Assembly (NCBI GenBank): GCA_000182565.2
Contig: KQ257454.1
Direction: 5' to 3' (one strand)
Source of the DNA: Spizellomyces punctatus DAOM BR117
Lineage: Eukaryota
DNA length: 64,000 nucleotides
This document shows, in pieces, positions 12,310-26,058 of the stretch. The translations under genes and the position numbers were made by a program. The notes beneath the pieces are model-generated. The model worked only from the letters and a program-made list of their open reading frames with translations. It ran no database searches and was not told the DNA's origin. How positions within the stretch are numbered: position 1 is the first letter of the stretch; each line of letters opens with the position of its first letter.

Positions 12310-15300
12310 TTAGTATCGTGGAGCGATTTCGTTACATTCTCGCGCTATGTGTCCTCCCTGTACTTCTCCATTAGAAAGATGTCTGGAAGTAATGTATTAT
12401 AAAAAACATACCCTGCCGCATTTGTAGCACCCGATTGGCTCTGATCGCGACGCAGGAGGTTCCCTTGTGTAGCAATATGATCGTGCCTTTCTCCACTGTT
12501 CGAACATTTCATCGCCGTCGCCAGATCGACCTGCTCCCAGACCCACAAACTTATCACCGGTCGCATCTACACGGATCGGCTCCGCGATCCCTTGTGCGCT
12601 AGCCCCTAGACCGGAACCTTCGCTCCATCCTGCAGGTGTCAAAAATTTCAGCCTAGTATAATCAGAGCTATCATGCGCAATTCCGCCGCTCACCAAGCTT
12701 TTTCATAAGTTTGTATCCAACATTTCGTTTACTTATCATGTAATCTTCTCGTGATGCCTCTGGCCGTGAAAATGGAGGACTCTCACTTCTCTTTCTACTC
12801 CCGGCACCGCTGCTACCCCAACGACTACTATCTTGAGGTCTTTTTCCTCGGACTGGAGTTCCGCTTTGCCTCCCACGTGGACTACGACTTCCGCTGTAAT
12901 CGCGATGATGCTGAGGTCGGTGGGTGTATTTCCCTGGTTTCCTGCTCCCACTGCGCGTCCGGCTGCGACTTCTGTCATCGCTACTTCCGCTGTCGGTAGA
13001 ATCAGGAGATCGAGATCTTGAGCTGCTGCTGCTGCTAGAACTGGTAGACTTCGATCGTTCCCGTCGGCTTGCTCGTCGTCTCCTGTCGTGACTTCTGCGT
13101 CGGTCATGGCTTCGACTTGTCGATCTTTCTGCCCGTGAGGAAGACTCTTGTCGGATTCGTCCCCGCCTAGAAGGGCTTCGTGACCTGTTTCGATTATCTT
13201 GTACTCGTTTTCGAGTCAATGAAGAATCGGCCCGTCCGTCGTGAGATTCATGTCTGCGCCTTGCATCTTCGACCTTCCGATACCAATCATCCAAGTACCC
13301 AATCTCCCATCCATCTTTATCAAACTGCAAGCCTGTATCAGATGAGTTCAGCTGATCGGCAGCCATTTCACCTGGTGCTTCCTCAAATCCATCCTTCTGC
13401 CGTTCTTGTTCGAGCTTCCTTCGTATGATATCCAATCCAGAATAAAATTCGTCTACTGCGGCGAGGAGATCAGGATTTGGGGGAGGGCGCTGTGAGAGTG
13501 CTCGTATTTTGCTGACTGCTATTTGTTCGTATGGCTTGTGATCAAGCTTGATTTTTCAAACCATGCCGGACCGCATAGGTAAGCAACCGTCGCATATAAC
13601 TAGGCCAAGCCAATCTACACCTGTGCGGTCATCATCGAGCACTCACCGATATAGCAGCTACCACCAGCCCAGCAGGCAGCTCATAGTACTTTGCATTGGT
13701 AGGAGGCGCCTGAATGGTCGTTGGCAACGACATGTTTACGCCCGCGGTGAGCGATTTCCGGAAAGATGGATGAGATTCTGGTGCAGACGCCGGTGCAGAG
13801 TTTCCGATTTTTGGTGCTTCATGAGAAAGGAAAGAGCTGTGCGATACAGTACAACTAGGTTCCCGCCTTACGTCCCTGTTCACATTCAACCCGATAGGTG
13901 CGACGTGTGGGAGATTCAAAAGCGGCGCTGATGGAATTGGTTGTGCTGTCTGTATTACGCCTTGAAAGGTCGTTCGAGGCTGTGCCTCTTGGGACAGGAG
14001 ATTGGATGGATCTTGTGGAACAGCCGGGAGTGCAGCATTTTCCGTATTTGCCATAGCGTGAGGAGGTCTCCCAGGCTTTCCCAAGTGAGACCGGAGACCG
14101 TCTATGACAGTTTGACCGAAGAATCTTTTATCAGACCAGATGGTCAAAACCTGAGCGTCGATCCAATTAATACGTCACTCTGAGTTTCACAGAAGGCGAC
14201 AGCGTCTACCTTCAGAACTTTCTCTTCCTTTTTCTTGATCCCAGTAGCTGCCATATAAGTGTGACTAAGCATAGGTCCAAGATGTGGCAGAAAGCTATCT
14301 CCTATCCATTCTTGATGTCGTTTTCGGCTAGATGGTGAATACTAGTCAATCCATGTTCTCCTCCCAAGGAAAAATGGTTCTCCATGTTACATACCCGTGA
14401 TAGAGGACATCGTTCACAAGGTAAACCAAATGAAGCCGACTCTCAAATGCTGTGTTTACCTCCGATATGGCCTCCAGGAGTTGGGCTAATAGACTCACAT
14501 GAGAAGCCGTAGTGCAATGCTCAAAGATCCACGCTTTCCCTGCATGGATGTTCGTCTGGGAGCAATCCTTCATCAAGACATCTAGTAATCCACAATACTT
14601 GATCACCTCGTCTCTATTTGAGAGTGAGGTTGCTAAGGCGTCACGGGCAGAGCAGACTTTGTCCATGGCTGTTTGAAGTGGATTCAAAATAGGGGCTGAC
14701 ATAGGTACGACAGCCGGTGTTAACCCCAATGCAGAGAAGAGCTGCTGGGTTAATATTGGGTCAAGTTGGGCTGGTGGAAGTGGGGCTACTTGAAAGGCTG
14801 CACCATGGTCGGTAGATGTGCTTGTTAAACCGCCCGTATCTATCTGTGCGACAGAAACAGGTATTTGCGGACTCGCACCGTGCGAAGGCAACAGTCCTGT
14901 AGCTTAAATGTCAGCAGGTCCAGTAATCGATCCACTCATTAGCACGGTTCCCTACCAGGTTTCTTAAACTGTTGGACCTTCCACTGAAAATATGGGTAAT
15001 TTGCATCTTCTGGCCACAGAAAGCGATATCTTGGATTGTGCTTCTGGCGCTCTTTGGTGATCTCGAGAAACTCTGGACAATCAGTAAGTTGAGGTATCTC
15101 CTAAGTTGTGCATTATGCTACGAAGTAACCTACCCTGACCATTCCTAGCAACATACTCTGCCATTTTGTCTAGTATCGAGACATCGACGCCTGTCGACCG
15201 AGGGAGAGAAGGATGAGCGGCTGTACTTCGCTGGATAGTTTTGCATTCCGCGCAATCATACCAGGTGGCACCGATGGCAGGAGACTCTGCTGCTGCCAGG

Positions 15301-15316
15301 ACGCTCCTGAAGCCAT
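12310..15316 (-). CDS. CHERP: CHERP-like splicing factor: SURP + CID + RS-rich + G-patch + C-terminal CCHC knuckle
   Basis: SURP 'LDKMAEYVARNG', CID 'RLHLVYLVNDVLYH', 'YYELPAGL', RS tract, G-patch 'NVGYKLMKKL|GWSEGSGLG..QGIAEPI', 'FEQWRKARSY' and terminal CYKCGRGGHIAREC. Confidence 0.8.
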
Positions 15317-16189
15317 AACCTACTGTACTGAAAATTAGGTGAAGTCGAGAGCGTTTCCTAAGTTGGATGGCTATTGAATTCTTTGGTTTGACAATACGGG
15401 TGGAACTGATTGGAACCATTAAAATTCCACATTGGACTCGAATTCTGTTTACCGTCGTTATTGTATTAGTGTGGAGGCGATTGAAAATGGCACTAGAACT
15501 CATTATTATCCGGATTAATCCGGTTAGTCACATCGCATAATCAGCACCCTCTCTATCGCTCAAACTGGTGAGGCATGCTAATGTTCTCCAAACTGCGGTG
15601 TGGCATGCATGTAATGTTTTTTTTTTTTTTAAACTGTGGTGAGGCGCATGCCAAAGGTCTATAAAAGGGGACCTGCTCCCTCTTCCCTCTTTACCCATCC
15701 TCGACTCAAAGCATCTGCCCAACAAGTCTCAGTCCATCATCATGAGAATGCCGCTCTGGTGCCGAGGACCTCGCCCTCCCAACAAAAACAAAAACAACAT
15801 AACCCCTTGCAAACGCTGCTACTACTATACTGCTACGATTGCAGGTATGCATTATCTTTGTATTTTCCCACGCGTATTCCCAGTCTAATTATTCTGATCT
15901 ACCTTAGTACCTCCGACTAAAGAATTTCGGAATCAGGCTTAGTTACCCGGTTAGAACAACCGTAATGTATTGCATGTGTAATTGGGCCTAGTAGTAGTTA
16001 GCTTTTCACGTACCCCAGTTCAACCCAGGCTGGAACCTGTAGCGAGTTAGGATAGGGGTGGGACTCGTTTGCAGGATAGGTTATGAAGGGTTGGACAGGC
16101 TGGCTAATTGTAAATTAGAACCGGCTGTAGTGGGTTGGAGGGAGAATTTGTCCTTAGAGACATTTTCTACCACCTGCACACTAACAAAG

Positions 16190-17631
16190 CTATTTGAATA
16201 CATCGGCCAATGGGTCCTCCGGAAGTTTACTATTCCGCTGCTTCTCCTCCTTCTTTTTACCAGCCTCCACCCGTCTCCTATACTCCTGTGACAATTCATG
16301 CTTCCTGGTCCTTCTAATCTCGTTAGGACTCACAAATTCCCGATTCTCAAATAGAGTAGATCCTCCAAAGCTCCCATCAAACACCCTCATGACGCTTAAG
16401 ACGAACCGTGGCCCTATTTCAATCAAGGATATTTCCTTCTCTTTCGTTCTTTCAGCCGCCTTTTCAACGATCTGCATGGATGTTGATCAGAGGACGGAAG
16501 TGCAGTTCTGCACCTGCACACACTGTCTTACCTGATAATTTCGGAACCATATCTTGTCATCAGCGATTGAAAAGCTTAGCACATGGTCGATAAACGGCTT
16601 CAACTTCCGCGATGTCCGCGGGCTCCCGAATGTCTACAGCAACAAGGATGAGAAGGTTGAACCGACTATTGCAGTAGGAGAAAGAGCGCTATAGGCACCT
16701 GAGTGAACATCTCTTTCAGAAGTTGGTAATGTGGTTGGTCATCGAAGTTCTTATCAAAAGACAAGATTGGTCGCGATCCTTTGAGACAATTTCCTGTCAT
16801 CCGCAGTTCGTCCATAGTGTGTACTGAAATTGCATCAGTTAAAAAATCAGTGATGAAACTCAAGCGTCCCATGGTACGACGAGATTACCATTTTGCACAT
16901 GAAACTTAACACTAGGTCCGTTTGGAGTCTTCGACATCCACATATACAAATCCGTGTGCTTGCGGATCTCAAAGTAGAGGCAGTTATTGCAATTGCTCAG
17001 TTCGGCAAGCTCGTTCAGTACGTTGAGTTGATGCTTGGAGTCCAGTTTTGACTCTGGCACCAACAAAGCCAAATCAGTAAAAATCTATGTGTTAAGGTAA
17101 TGAACGGTGCTCAGATCTTCAAATGATACCTTTCTTTGAGTGTGGCATAAGAGTACCAAGATCCTTCAGGAGGTGCCGGTATCTATTAAGCTAAATTAGC
17201 GGCTTCTCCCACTGACCCACCTCCATTAATATGTACCTTTCCGTTATCCCTCGAGACGATAGTAGTAACACCCGTTGCTTATTCTTCCTGAATGCGGGTT
17301 TACTGTTCTTTTGGACACCCTCCTGTGTTTCCCCTTGATCTATATCCTCCTCGTCCTCGTCCTCGTTCTCCTCCTCCTGCTCTTCTATATCGCTACCCTC
17401 CTCCTCGGCGTCTTCCTCTTCAGCAGCTTCGGCTCTCAAGAGTAGCTCCTTTCTCCCCATAGTTGCCAAAGAGACAGCCCCTTCTCCGTCTGACCCTTCG
17501 TCAGAAGAATCGAAGTCAACGTCGTCCACATCGTCGTCTGATGCTCCTCCAAGTTCTACAGAAACAATTTCGGGTCGCTTACGCGGAGCCTCCTCTTGGT
17601 CGTCGCGAGTGCGTTTGTTACGGGGCGCCAT
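16190..17631 (-). CDS. BRX1: Ribosome biogenesis protein Brx1 (Brix domain)
   Basis: NKQRVLLLSSRGI, LNELAELSNCNNCLYFE, KTPNGPSVKFHVQN, MTGNCLKGSRPILSFD and EIGPRFVL. Confidence 0.95.
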
Positions 17632-18195
17632 AGTGGTGGGTAATTGAATTCACAGCGACGGGTAGAATGGAAATTGGAAGTTTGATGGTCAAAAACAATT
17701 AAATGGACATAGTCTGAAGTCACTGTGCCTTATACGCGCCACATGTAAGGCATGGCGCAGGATCGGATGACTAAGCTTCGATCAAAAGTCTATCCTGTGT
17801 GTAAACGGACCATTCTTGAACTTGTCCAGCTCTGGGTATTTGACGAGTCTTCAGATTAACGAGTGGTAAGACCTCTACCAAATCAACTTTTGACCAGGGA
17901 AGCAGCCTACCCTCTAGAGACAAATCGTCTACTGGCATAACAAGGGGGAAGGGCAGAGGAGTTGATCTGTCCACCGGCATAGCCAATATTTTTAATGATT
18001 GATCTGAGGCGATGGGATTTACATAAAGATAGGCTGTATTTCTCAGACACACCCAAATGCTTACTGCCGAGAGTGGCAGGAATTGATGGGTGCCTCACCT
18101 CCCATATATGATTGCAGACTGAGAGCTCATATTTGGAGAATTGTAGGTGGAAATACGATGGAATCAGAGCTCGCATAAATAAATAAAGTACAAAG

Positions 18196-21100
18196 CTAGC
18201 CCTCAATCGTCTGATCCTCGCCCTTTAACGACACCAACAGCTCTAGTGCCTTATTTCCAATACTCGAAGTAGATGCTTGTCTTGATGATGCTCTTTCCGC
18301 AAGAGCAGCTGTTTGAGGAAGACGTGGCTTGGGGCGACCTCCACCCCCCGGGATATTCCCCCGCTTCAAAGATTCCAAGAGATCGTCCATCGCCAATCCG
18401 CCGCCGGAGTCGCCCGTTGGTAACATTAGTGTTGGCATCTTGAATGGCTCGATCTCATGTCGCTTGCGTCGCATTGCTTCCCGTTCCTGAGTTCAATGCC
18501 TTAGATTCATACTGGGGAAGTGTATGGGACCGTGCTCAATAGACTACGCACCTCTTGTGCCTTCCTTCGCTTCTCCAGCAATTCCTCCCGTTCCCTTTCT
18601 TTCTTGCTTTCCGCAAGCGCAATCTGATAACCATAGGAGTTATATGCTAGCGTGGTGCTTCTAACTATGCATTTGTCTTACAGCGAACGAGTCCAAAAAT
18701 GTCGTAAAGAGAGTAAAGAACTCCTCAGGCGATGTCTTGGCTGTTTCCTCTCCATATAGAATGACAGTGCTTTCAAACAGTGCAAGCAGCTTTCGATGGC
18801 GCTCATCAAGATGACTAAACTTAGTGCTCGCGTCCTCCAGAAATGAATCCATAACATCCGCAAAGCGATCTTTGGGATTCACAAGCCGACCATCGATTGA
18901 AGCACGAGTTTGTGCTTTCTGGAATTCAACTTCAGTACGGACCATTCCTAGTGCACGCCGCATTTCTTCCAGATCCTCTTGCATTGTTGGAAACGACACT
19001 ATAAATGAACAATGAGTCAGAGCTTTCCTCCACGTTTCGCAGACTATCGACATACCGCGTGCAGCAGGGTAGACGTCTTTCAAGTCATTTATGAAGGACT
19101 TGAATTGAGGGAACTTTGCATCGACTGTCCCAGCTATGAAATGAAGGAGTGATACTTTGCTAGTGGCTTTTGTATTTACAAGCTTTAGATCTTTATTAGA
19201 AGACCTGGTTGAGACTTGTGGCAGATTTGGATGACAGAAGCAAACCTTGTTGAGACTTCCAATTCTGAAACCATGGACCTGCCCAATAAAACTGCCGCTG
19301 TTCAAGTAATTTCCTATAGTTAAAATAAACTAGAAAAACAATGATGTTAGCTCATCGGTCGCAAATGAGGGCAATTTTCAGCTTACCTCGAGTAATCCGG
19401 TCCATGCCTCGGATGTTTGAAGCGCGGTCAACGCAGATGAACAGACGGAAATGTCCTATTGAAGATGTATAAGTACTCACAACATGTCCTTTGTTTCTAT
19501 CAGCATTGGTCATACCTGCTCAATCGCCGCATGACGCTCGGGAAACCCTCCGCTGAACTGAAGAGCACGTAAACGTTCCTCATATCGGTCAATTTTCAGT
19601 AGCTTAAAAAGTAGCTCTTATTAGTGTCACATGTTTCGAAGAACAGCTTTCCTGTATGATGGGTACCTCCTTTAGAAAAGCTTCTGCCTGTCGAAGTGGG
19701 CGCCCTTCTTCTCGATAGTCTTTCAGTACGGCTATCTGAATTCGGCGACTATCAGTGCTCGCCACCAGATTTCAAGCACGTATTGTTGGCAATACCTCGT
19801 CTCTCGTTGGCAAGTGCTCAATCATGTGCTTTGCCACGGTTTCGGTGATGATGGTTTGATCAGCGCCGAGGATGGCATCACGCAATTCCTCCAAGTTGTA
19901 CTTCTTCAACTTTGCCAAAAAGATCACTGCCGACGAAGGTTTGATTAGTGCATAGACCCGGATATGAGGGTGGGTCCAACTTACTTATATTCTGCGCTTT
20001 CTTCCCATCAATTAATTCGACATGCTGTACGATGGGTGTGTTTGGTACAGACCCATCAACATCACCACCTGCAGTATTTCTCATCTTGCCAGATTTTAAG
20101 GCAAAGAGTGTCTCCGCTTCACGGAACACCCCTAATTTTTCAGCGATCTTTTCGAGGTCCGAACTATTAGGCTCTTCATTATCGTCCAGCTTTGTTTTCA
20201 ACGCCAGCTTCTTTGCCCATATGGTTTGTGACACTTCGCTCTCCGGGACCTTGTCCCATTGAAATCGCCGAACTTGGACTGAAGGTCGATACTTTTGTGG
20301 TCTCTTCGGTATTCCTCCTGCAATTTGCAAATACAGAGGTAAACAAAGTCCGGGGAGAAGAGATAGATTAGATTTTGGGTACCTATCACAAACCCTCCTG
20401 AGCCTGGTGGAGGAGGAGGACCCCCAGCTCCCGGCGGCGGAGGTGGTGGGCCTCCGAATGCTGGTGGTGGTGGCACTCCTGGGGGAGGTAAAGGGGGAGA
20501 TGCTGTTGATACGGTTGGATGTAGTGATGGAGCAGGTACTGTTAAGGTTGGCGCCAAACTGGCGTCGCTGGGGGTAGAGGACAGTGGGGCCGGAATCAAG
20601 GATGCTTCACTGGTTGTCGTGGATATCACAGCTGTTCCGGAAGCATTTTGCACCTCTTCCGACGAAGTATGGCATTTGCCACCAGTTAAATCAGTGCGAG
20701 AGCCATACGCCGAATCCGTGCCTTGAAGATCCTGTCCATAGCTTGCAATGGCTTGCAATATATCATCCAATTCCTTTATAAAACAAAAGGATTCAACGAT
20801 GATCGTACGGCCCGCTCGTTGCCTTCCTAAATACATACCTTCTGATGCATTGCCAGCGCTTGATTATGTTTTTCGTAAACCTCATCCAACTGGTGTTGCA
20901 ACGCTAATATGGCGTCATCTGCTGGTTTTTTGGCATCGCCCTGACGATCTTCAACAAAGTCAGACTTTCATAACTGGTTGAGATCCTCCAGTATTGACGC
21001 AACTCCTACCTCCTTTATCATCATGTCCAGCGTCTCGAGAACATCCCATCTGGTCCAACCTTGTTCGTAACACTTCATTTTCTTCCGCCAGTTGTTCAGA

Positions 21101-23300
21101 AATTCCTTCCATTGCATCTTCCACGGATATCCGATACATATCAGTGAAGCTTGGGTCGATTCCATTCCGATCGAGAACAACTTGGGCAATCATGAGATCC
21201 AATAATCGAAGTACCTTGGTACTTTATCCATTTGATCATTCCCTGTAAGTTGATGAATTCCTTCAAAAAATACATGCAAGGGTAACATACCGTGATACCC
21301 CATCAATCAATCGAGTCGGGATCAGTAAGTGTTGAAGGATGGATGTTATATAGCCTCGACCACCTTCTGTTTCGCGAAATGAGCCAAGCAATGTTTCAAG
21401 CAGCTGTTGCGGGTTCTCCATATCAATGCCCATTATATCGCCAATGTCATCTGCAAACTCCTGATGGTCAGCCGCTGCCCGATACTCAAATGCATCCACA
21501 TGTGTGAGGATCTCAGCAAATTCTGCCGGTGCCCATGTACGCAGTCGCTGTTTGTTTGTATGAGAGGGACTCGTCAACAACAGAAGGGAAGGTTGCGCTA
21601 CAGAAAAGCACTTACTTTTAGTACACGACTAAAACCTGATGCTAGTAGCTCATTTCTCAAGTGAATTCTGTACTCCAGCTCTTGAGGTATGTCCACTACT
21701 AACCGAAGTAATGTCACTGCCGATATCTGGGAGGAACGCATTTCCATGCCCGGTCAGCCCGAAGCAAGCATGTGATAACTCATTTAGTCTAATTTACCAG
21801 AAAGTCCTTTATGTCTTTCTGCATCTGCTCCCTATTCTTGTCCCCGAAATGTACAATCGTGTCCTTCACATCAGTTTTTGCCCCAACTGTCGTTCCAAAC
21901 ACTCCTCGTGTGTTGATCAAACTCTCCAAGGCCCGTACCAGTCGCTCGAAAGTATGCAGATCATCTCGGGAAGAACGGAAGTAATCGAACGCTCTCATAA
22001 CTAAACGATGACCTCTTGGATACTCGAGGGTGACTAACGCCAAAAGAAAATCTGCTGCCGACGTCCGGGCAGGGAGTAGGGGAGAATCGAGAGATAAGAT
22101 GAGGATGTTTAGGTAGCTTGGATTGCTTAAGAGCTCTGTAACGCCTCTCTGTACGATCATTTTAGATAACGGTTGACGATGCTCTTTCCCTACGGTAATT
22201 GACATTCTTTACATTGTGGTTTACGAGAATCTTCAGTATCTTGAGGACTTCTGATTCGGTTTCGTAGTGCTTGAGCTTCCTATATGAACACTTTCAGTCT
22301 AATGCAGCACAGAACCCTTGTTTCCTCTGTTCATCCACACACCTGTCTGGTTTTCTATGCATCGCCTCGAGCAAGCTGAACAACACACGAAACCCACCCT
22401 GCTCCATAAAGTCCAAAAGCCAACTTCATATGCTGTTGATTCAGTACTGCTACTGCATGCAATGGACGCAACCGCTGAACCCACCTTACGGTCTGACAAG
22501 AGCATTGGACTTTGAGTTCAGCAAGAACATCTCGTAAATGATGCTGCTTTCCACCGCTCCCGGTCATGGATCGAGTTACAAGCCCGACAAGCTGGCTGGT
22601 GCGATTCTTGTGATGAAGCGTGGTCACCGCGGCATTCTGAATGAATTCTATGTAGTATGATGGTCCCTTGTCTCCATCAGTAGCCGTTTTAGATTCCTGC
22701 TTTGCCTAATGCGGGCGTGAGACAAGGCCTCGTAAAACTGACACATATATTGATTACCAAAAGCTGTCTAATAAGCTGTAATTTTTTCTCTTTGCTCAGT
22801 CGTCGCATGGCCTCTCGCTGGTTTTCACCCAAATCACTATGCTCCTGCAAGGTGGATATCATCAAAGCTGTCTTGTATACATCCCACTTTGAAAGATAAC
22901 CACGTACCGCATCTAGCGCCAGCTCAAATATTTCGTCCACAGTCTGTGCATCCATTGTCCTATCAGCAAGTCCAGAGGCATTCAACTGGTACATCCTCTC
23001 CTGCAACATTAGAAGAGCACTTCTGGCATCTGGGTAGTCATACACCGATGAAGCTGTATCCATCATATCGAGTGCCTCTCCAGAGCTGGTGTGCTTTTCT
23101 GGAAAGAACAAACTGCTCGTAGATTTCACCATACTGACACTCCGACGGCGGCCCCATCGACGGCGCCAGCTTCCCTTCAGGGCCTCATCGGGGAGGGTTC
23201 GCAGCGAAGACACAGAAGAGATACTGCCAGAACGAGACATTGTTGGGTTTGATCCGCTGCCCATTCCTCCATTTTCCGGCGTTCCCGATCCGGAACTCAT
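18196..23300 (-). CDS. Diaphanous-related formin (GBD/FH3, FH1, FH2, DAD)
   Basis: GBD 'IFELAL..QREAMRRLSKEKKLQLI', proline-rich FH1 near 20400-20500, FH2 'RRFQWDK', 'GNYLN...GFRIGSLNK' and 'YGEE...PEEFF', and DAD 'MDDLLESLKRG'. Many short introns. Confidence 0.92.
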
Positions 23301-23625
23301 CTCTTAAATTATATTATCTGATCTTGAAGAACCTTCTTATCAAGATATGGAAAAGTCGTCCGATATACAGTTCTTCCTTTTTACCCTATTGCCAGCAGTA
23401 GAGTGGGAAGAGTAGACAATTGAAATAATCAATGATGGAGAATGAGCAACTGGACTTGAGTCTATAACGCTTATGGATTGAGGTAAGTGTTCCTGCGATC
23501 TCCACCCAGTTGGTTGCTGACTAATTGCTTACCTTAGATGACGCGGTGAGGATCCATGCTGCATGGCAAAAATAAATGACCATGAAGCTGTTTTGCCGGT
23601 TTTCGTCAATCCGCATCCAATCACA

Positions 23626-25316
23626 ATGTCTGCCTCGAAGATAGACTTGAACAATCTTACAGATGACCAGAAGACACAAGCTATCAAGGAGTTTCGAGCT
23701 CTTTTGGGTTCGGAAAGCCCAAAGCATGACGATAACGTATGTTGGGTCTTACACTGCGGCCCGGCAGCACATTCACTCACGATTACCTTGAATTTCGCGA
23801 ACAGACACTCCTCCGCTTTCTAATTGCCCGCCAGCTGAATGCCCAGAAGGCTCATGAAATGCTCAATGGCTATTTCGAGTGGCGCGAGAAAGAAGGGATC
23901 GATCGACTACCGGTACCAGGAGTCAACGGCAATCCCGTCATGCAGAACGTGCGCGGCTTTCGATCTGTACCCGACGCTAATTGGGATATGAGCGTCGAAG
24001 GCATGCCGGAAGACTTCAAAAAGTTTTATTCATGCATGGGTATATATTGGTGTACATTTCATTCCGGTTCTCAGAGCTGAAGATTACTCCTGTATCAGGC
24101 GGCGGATGCTTCCACAAAGTTGACAAGGAAGGAACGCCAGTTTTTATCGAGCGGACGGTAAGGAGAATCTCCTGTACGTTCATTTGTGAAAAGCCCGGAG
24201 ACGGTGGTCTGACACAGGACGTTGTAGGGATACCATGATGTCAAGGGTCTAGCAGTGAAATGCAGTCCAGCTGTAATGCTTGATTGGCATATACGAAATA
24301 ATGAGCAAGTAGTTCATCTGAAGTTTGGCACTAAGGTTTATTCTGTTCTAACACTCATGATCAACAGATTTGTCTTCAATGTGCTGATGCCCGAATGTAC
24401 CCAGAGGGCGGGGAAAACGATTGAGAAACACACTGTGATCTTTGATTGCACAGGCTTGGGTATCTGGCAATTTGACATGACCGGGCTCAATCTGTTGAGG
24501 GCCGTGTCGGATCTTGATTCTAGAGTTTATCCGGAGCGACTGGGCAAGCTGTTCATCGTCAACACACCAGGTAGGGCGTCATTTTACCCAATAACAATGG
24601 ACTGTCGTGCGTTAACGCGCTGTAATCATTTATAAGGGATATTTGCAAGAGCGTGGAACATTATAAAGCGGTGGTTAGACAAACGAATTCTAGAGAAAAT
24701 CTTCATATGTGGTTCGGACTACAAAGACGTCCTGCTCCAGCACGTCGATGCTGAAAATCTGCCAGACTTTCTTGGGGGCAAGTGCACCTGTAGTCATATG
24801 CCCGGAGGATGTGTGCCTTCTCCATACCTCGAAAGTAGAAACGCAAAAGGAGCCGGGGACAACTTTCAGTTCAGTACATCACTCGGATCGTCCAGCCACG
24901 AATATGAGATTACAGTACCAAAGGAAGAAGTTGAGGGGGCAAGTCAAGCGAAGCTTTTCTACAAGTTTCGTACGACCAAGCGCGCGGTGCATTTTGAAAT
25001 TCGACACCGCAAGGAAGATTGTGCAGATGAACGGGTAATTGTGCCTTCAACAAGCCGCGACAGCCATAAAGAAATTGTACAATCGGACATGAACGTGGAA
25101 CCCGGTACCTACGTGTTTTCCTGGCAAAAACCTGCGGGTGGATTCTCTTTGTTTAATTCATTAGCCTTGGATTATTCAATTGACCTGACCGTGGAGGATG
25201 GGGAAGAATTCGTTACGGAGCATGTAACAGTCCATGAAGCCGATGAAAAACCAGGATCAGACAGTGATGATGTTGTGGAGACAGCGGAGGGTGTGGGTCG
25301 CTTAAGTGTATCTTAG
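23626..25316 (+). CDS. SEC14-like CRAL-TRIO lipid-binding protein with C-terminal GOLD-like domain
   Basis: TLLRFLIARQLN, FHKVDKEGTPVFIER, YPERLGKLFIVN and NLPDFLGGKC. The beta-rich C-terminus includes 'EPGTYVFSW'. Confidence 0.9.
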
Positions 25317-25567
25317 ATCGGATGAGGTCCTTTTTGTAAAGATCAATGTAGATAATTTACACTCTTTCGCTAAGCCACTGAGCTTTGGAGGACCCCAGTC
25401 GCGATCCAGCATGTCACCAGCTGGCATGTTGCAGAGTGAACGATTACCATTGGGTTAGTGATCAGCCATACATACAAGGGTATTGAAAGGCTCTCGCAAA
25501 ACGCCTACGTCTCAGTACACTGCAGTCTACCTCTGCGTCCCCGCATGCATTAAGATATTCTGGAGAA

Positions 25568-26058
25568 ATGGAATCGAAGTTGGACACAGCCTTGGACTCA
25601 GCGTATGAATCTGTCGTTTCACTGGCTGCCACATTCGGGGCAAACCCCAGGCTCACAAGTACAGCTCGTCTTTCTAGCAACCAAACGGAATCTGTAACAG
25701 GTATTCTGCTTGTGGATTCAGAAGGCCTTTGTCTTTCAGGTGAGTTGGAAGCTGGCTTTATTTATCCAGTCTTCGAAAACTAACCCTTCATTCAGCAAAG
25801 GGTGTGGCACCTCCGTTGGCTGCAGGGTACATTGCCTCAATAGCGCTTCGTGCATCTCGTCTCGCTCAACATCATAGCTCGAATACGGAGAAAGACGATA
25901 GTCTTCCAACGGTGTGCATTGAATCGAGTGCCATGTGAGTGTTGTGTGTGGATATGTTCAAGATGGCTCTCGGTTGAACCTCATTTTATCAATTGCGTAG
26001 GAATATTCTCATACGACAGGATGATGAGATGACTTTGGCAGTCTATAAAACTGCATGA
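25568..26058 (+). CDS. LAMTOR5: Ragulator complex subunit LAMTOR5 (HBXIP)-like roadblock protein
   Basis: The spliced product GILLVDSEGLCLSAKG...AGYIASIA...PTVCIES..NILIRQDDEMTLAVYK matches the remembered LAMTOR5 pattern. About 95 aa. Confidence 0.75.

Noticed and set aside
12310-12440. CCHC knuckle as a retrotransposon gag remnant
   Set aside because: It is spliced in frame to the CHERP G-patch exon, with no protease, RT or integrase nearby.
15510-15523. Perfect 14-bp palindrome CCGGATTAATCCGG upstream of CHERP
   Set aside because: Single occurrence; a palindrome of this size can arise by chance in 64 kb.
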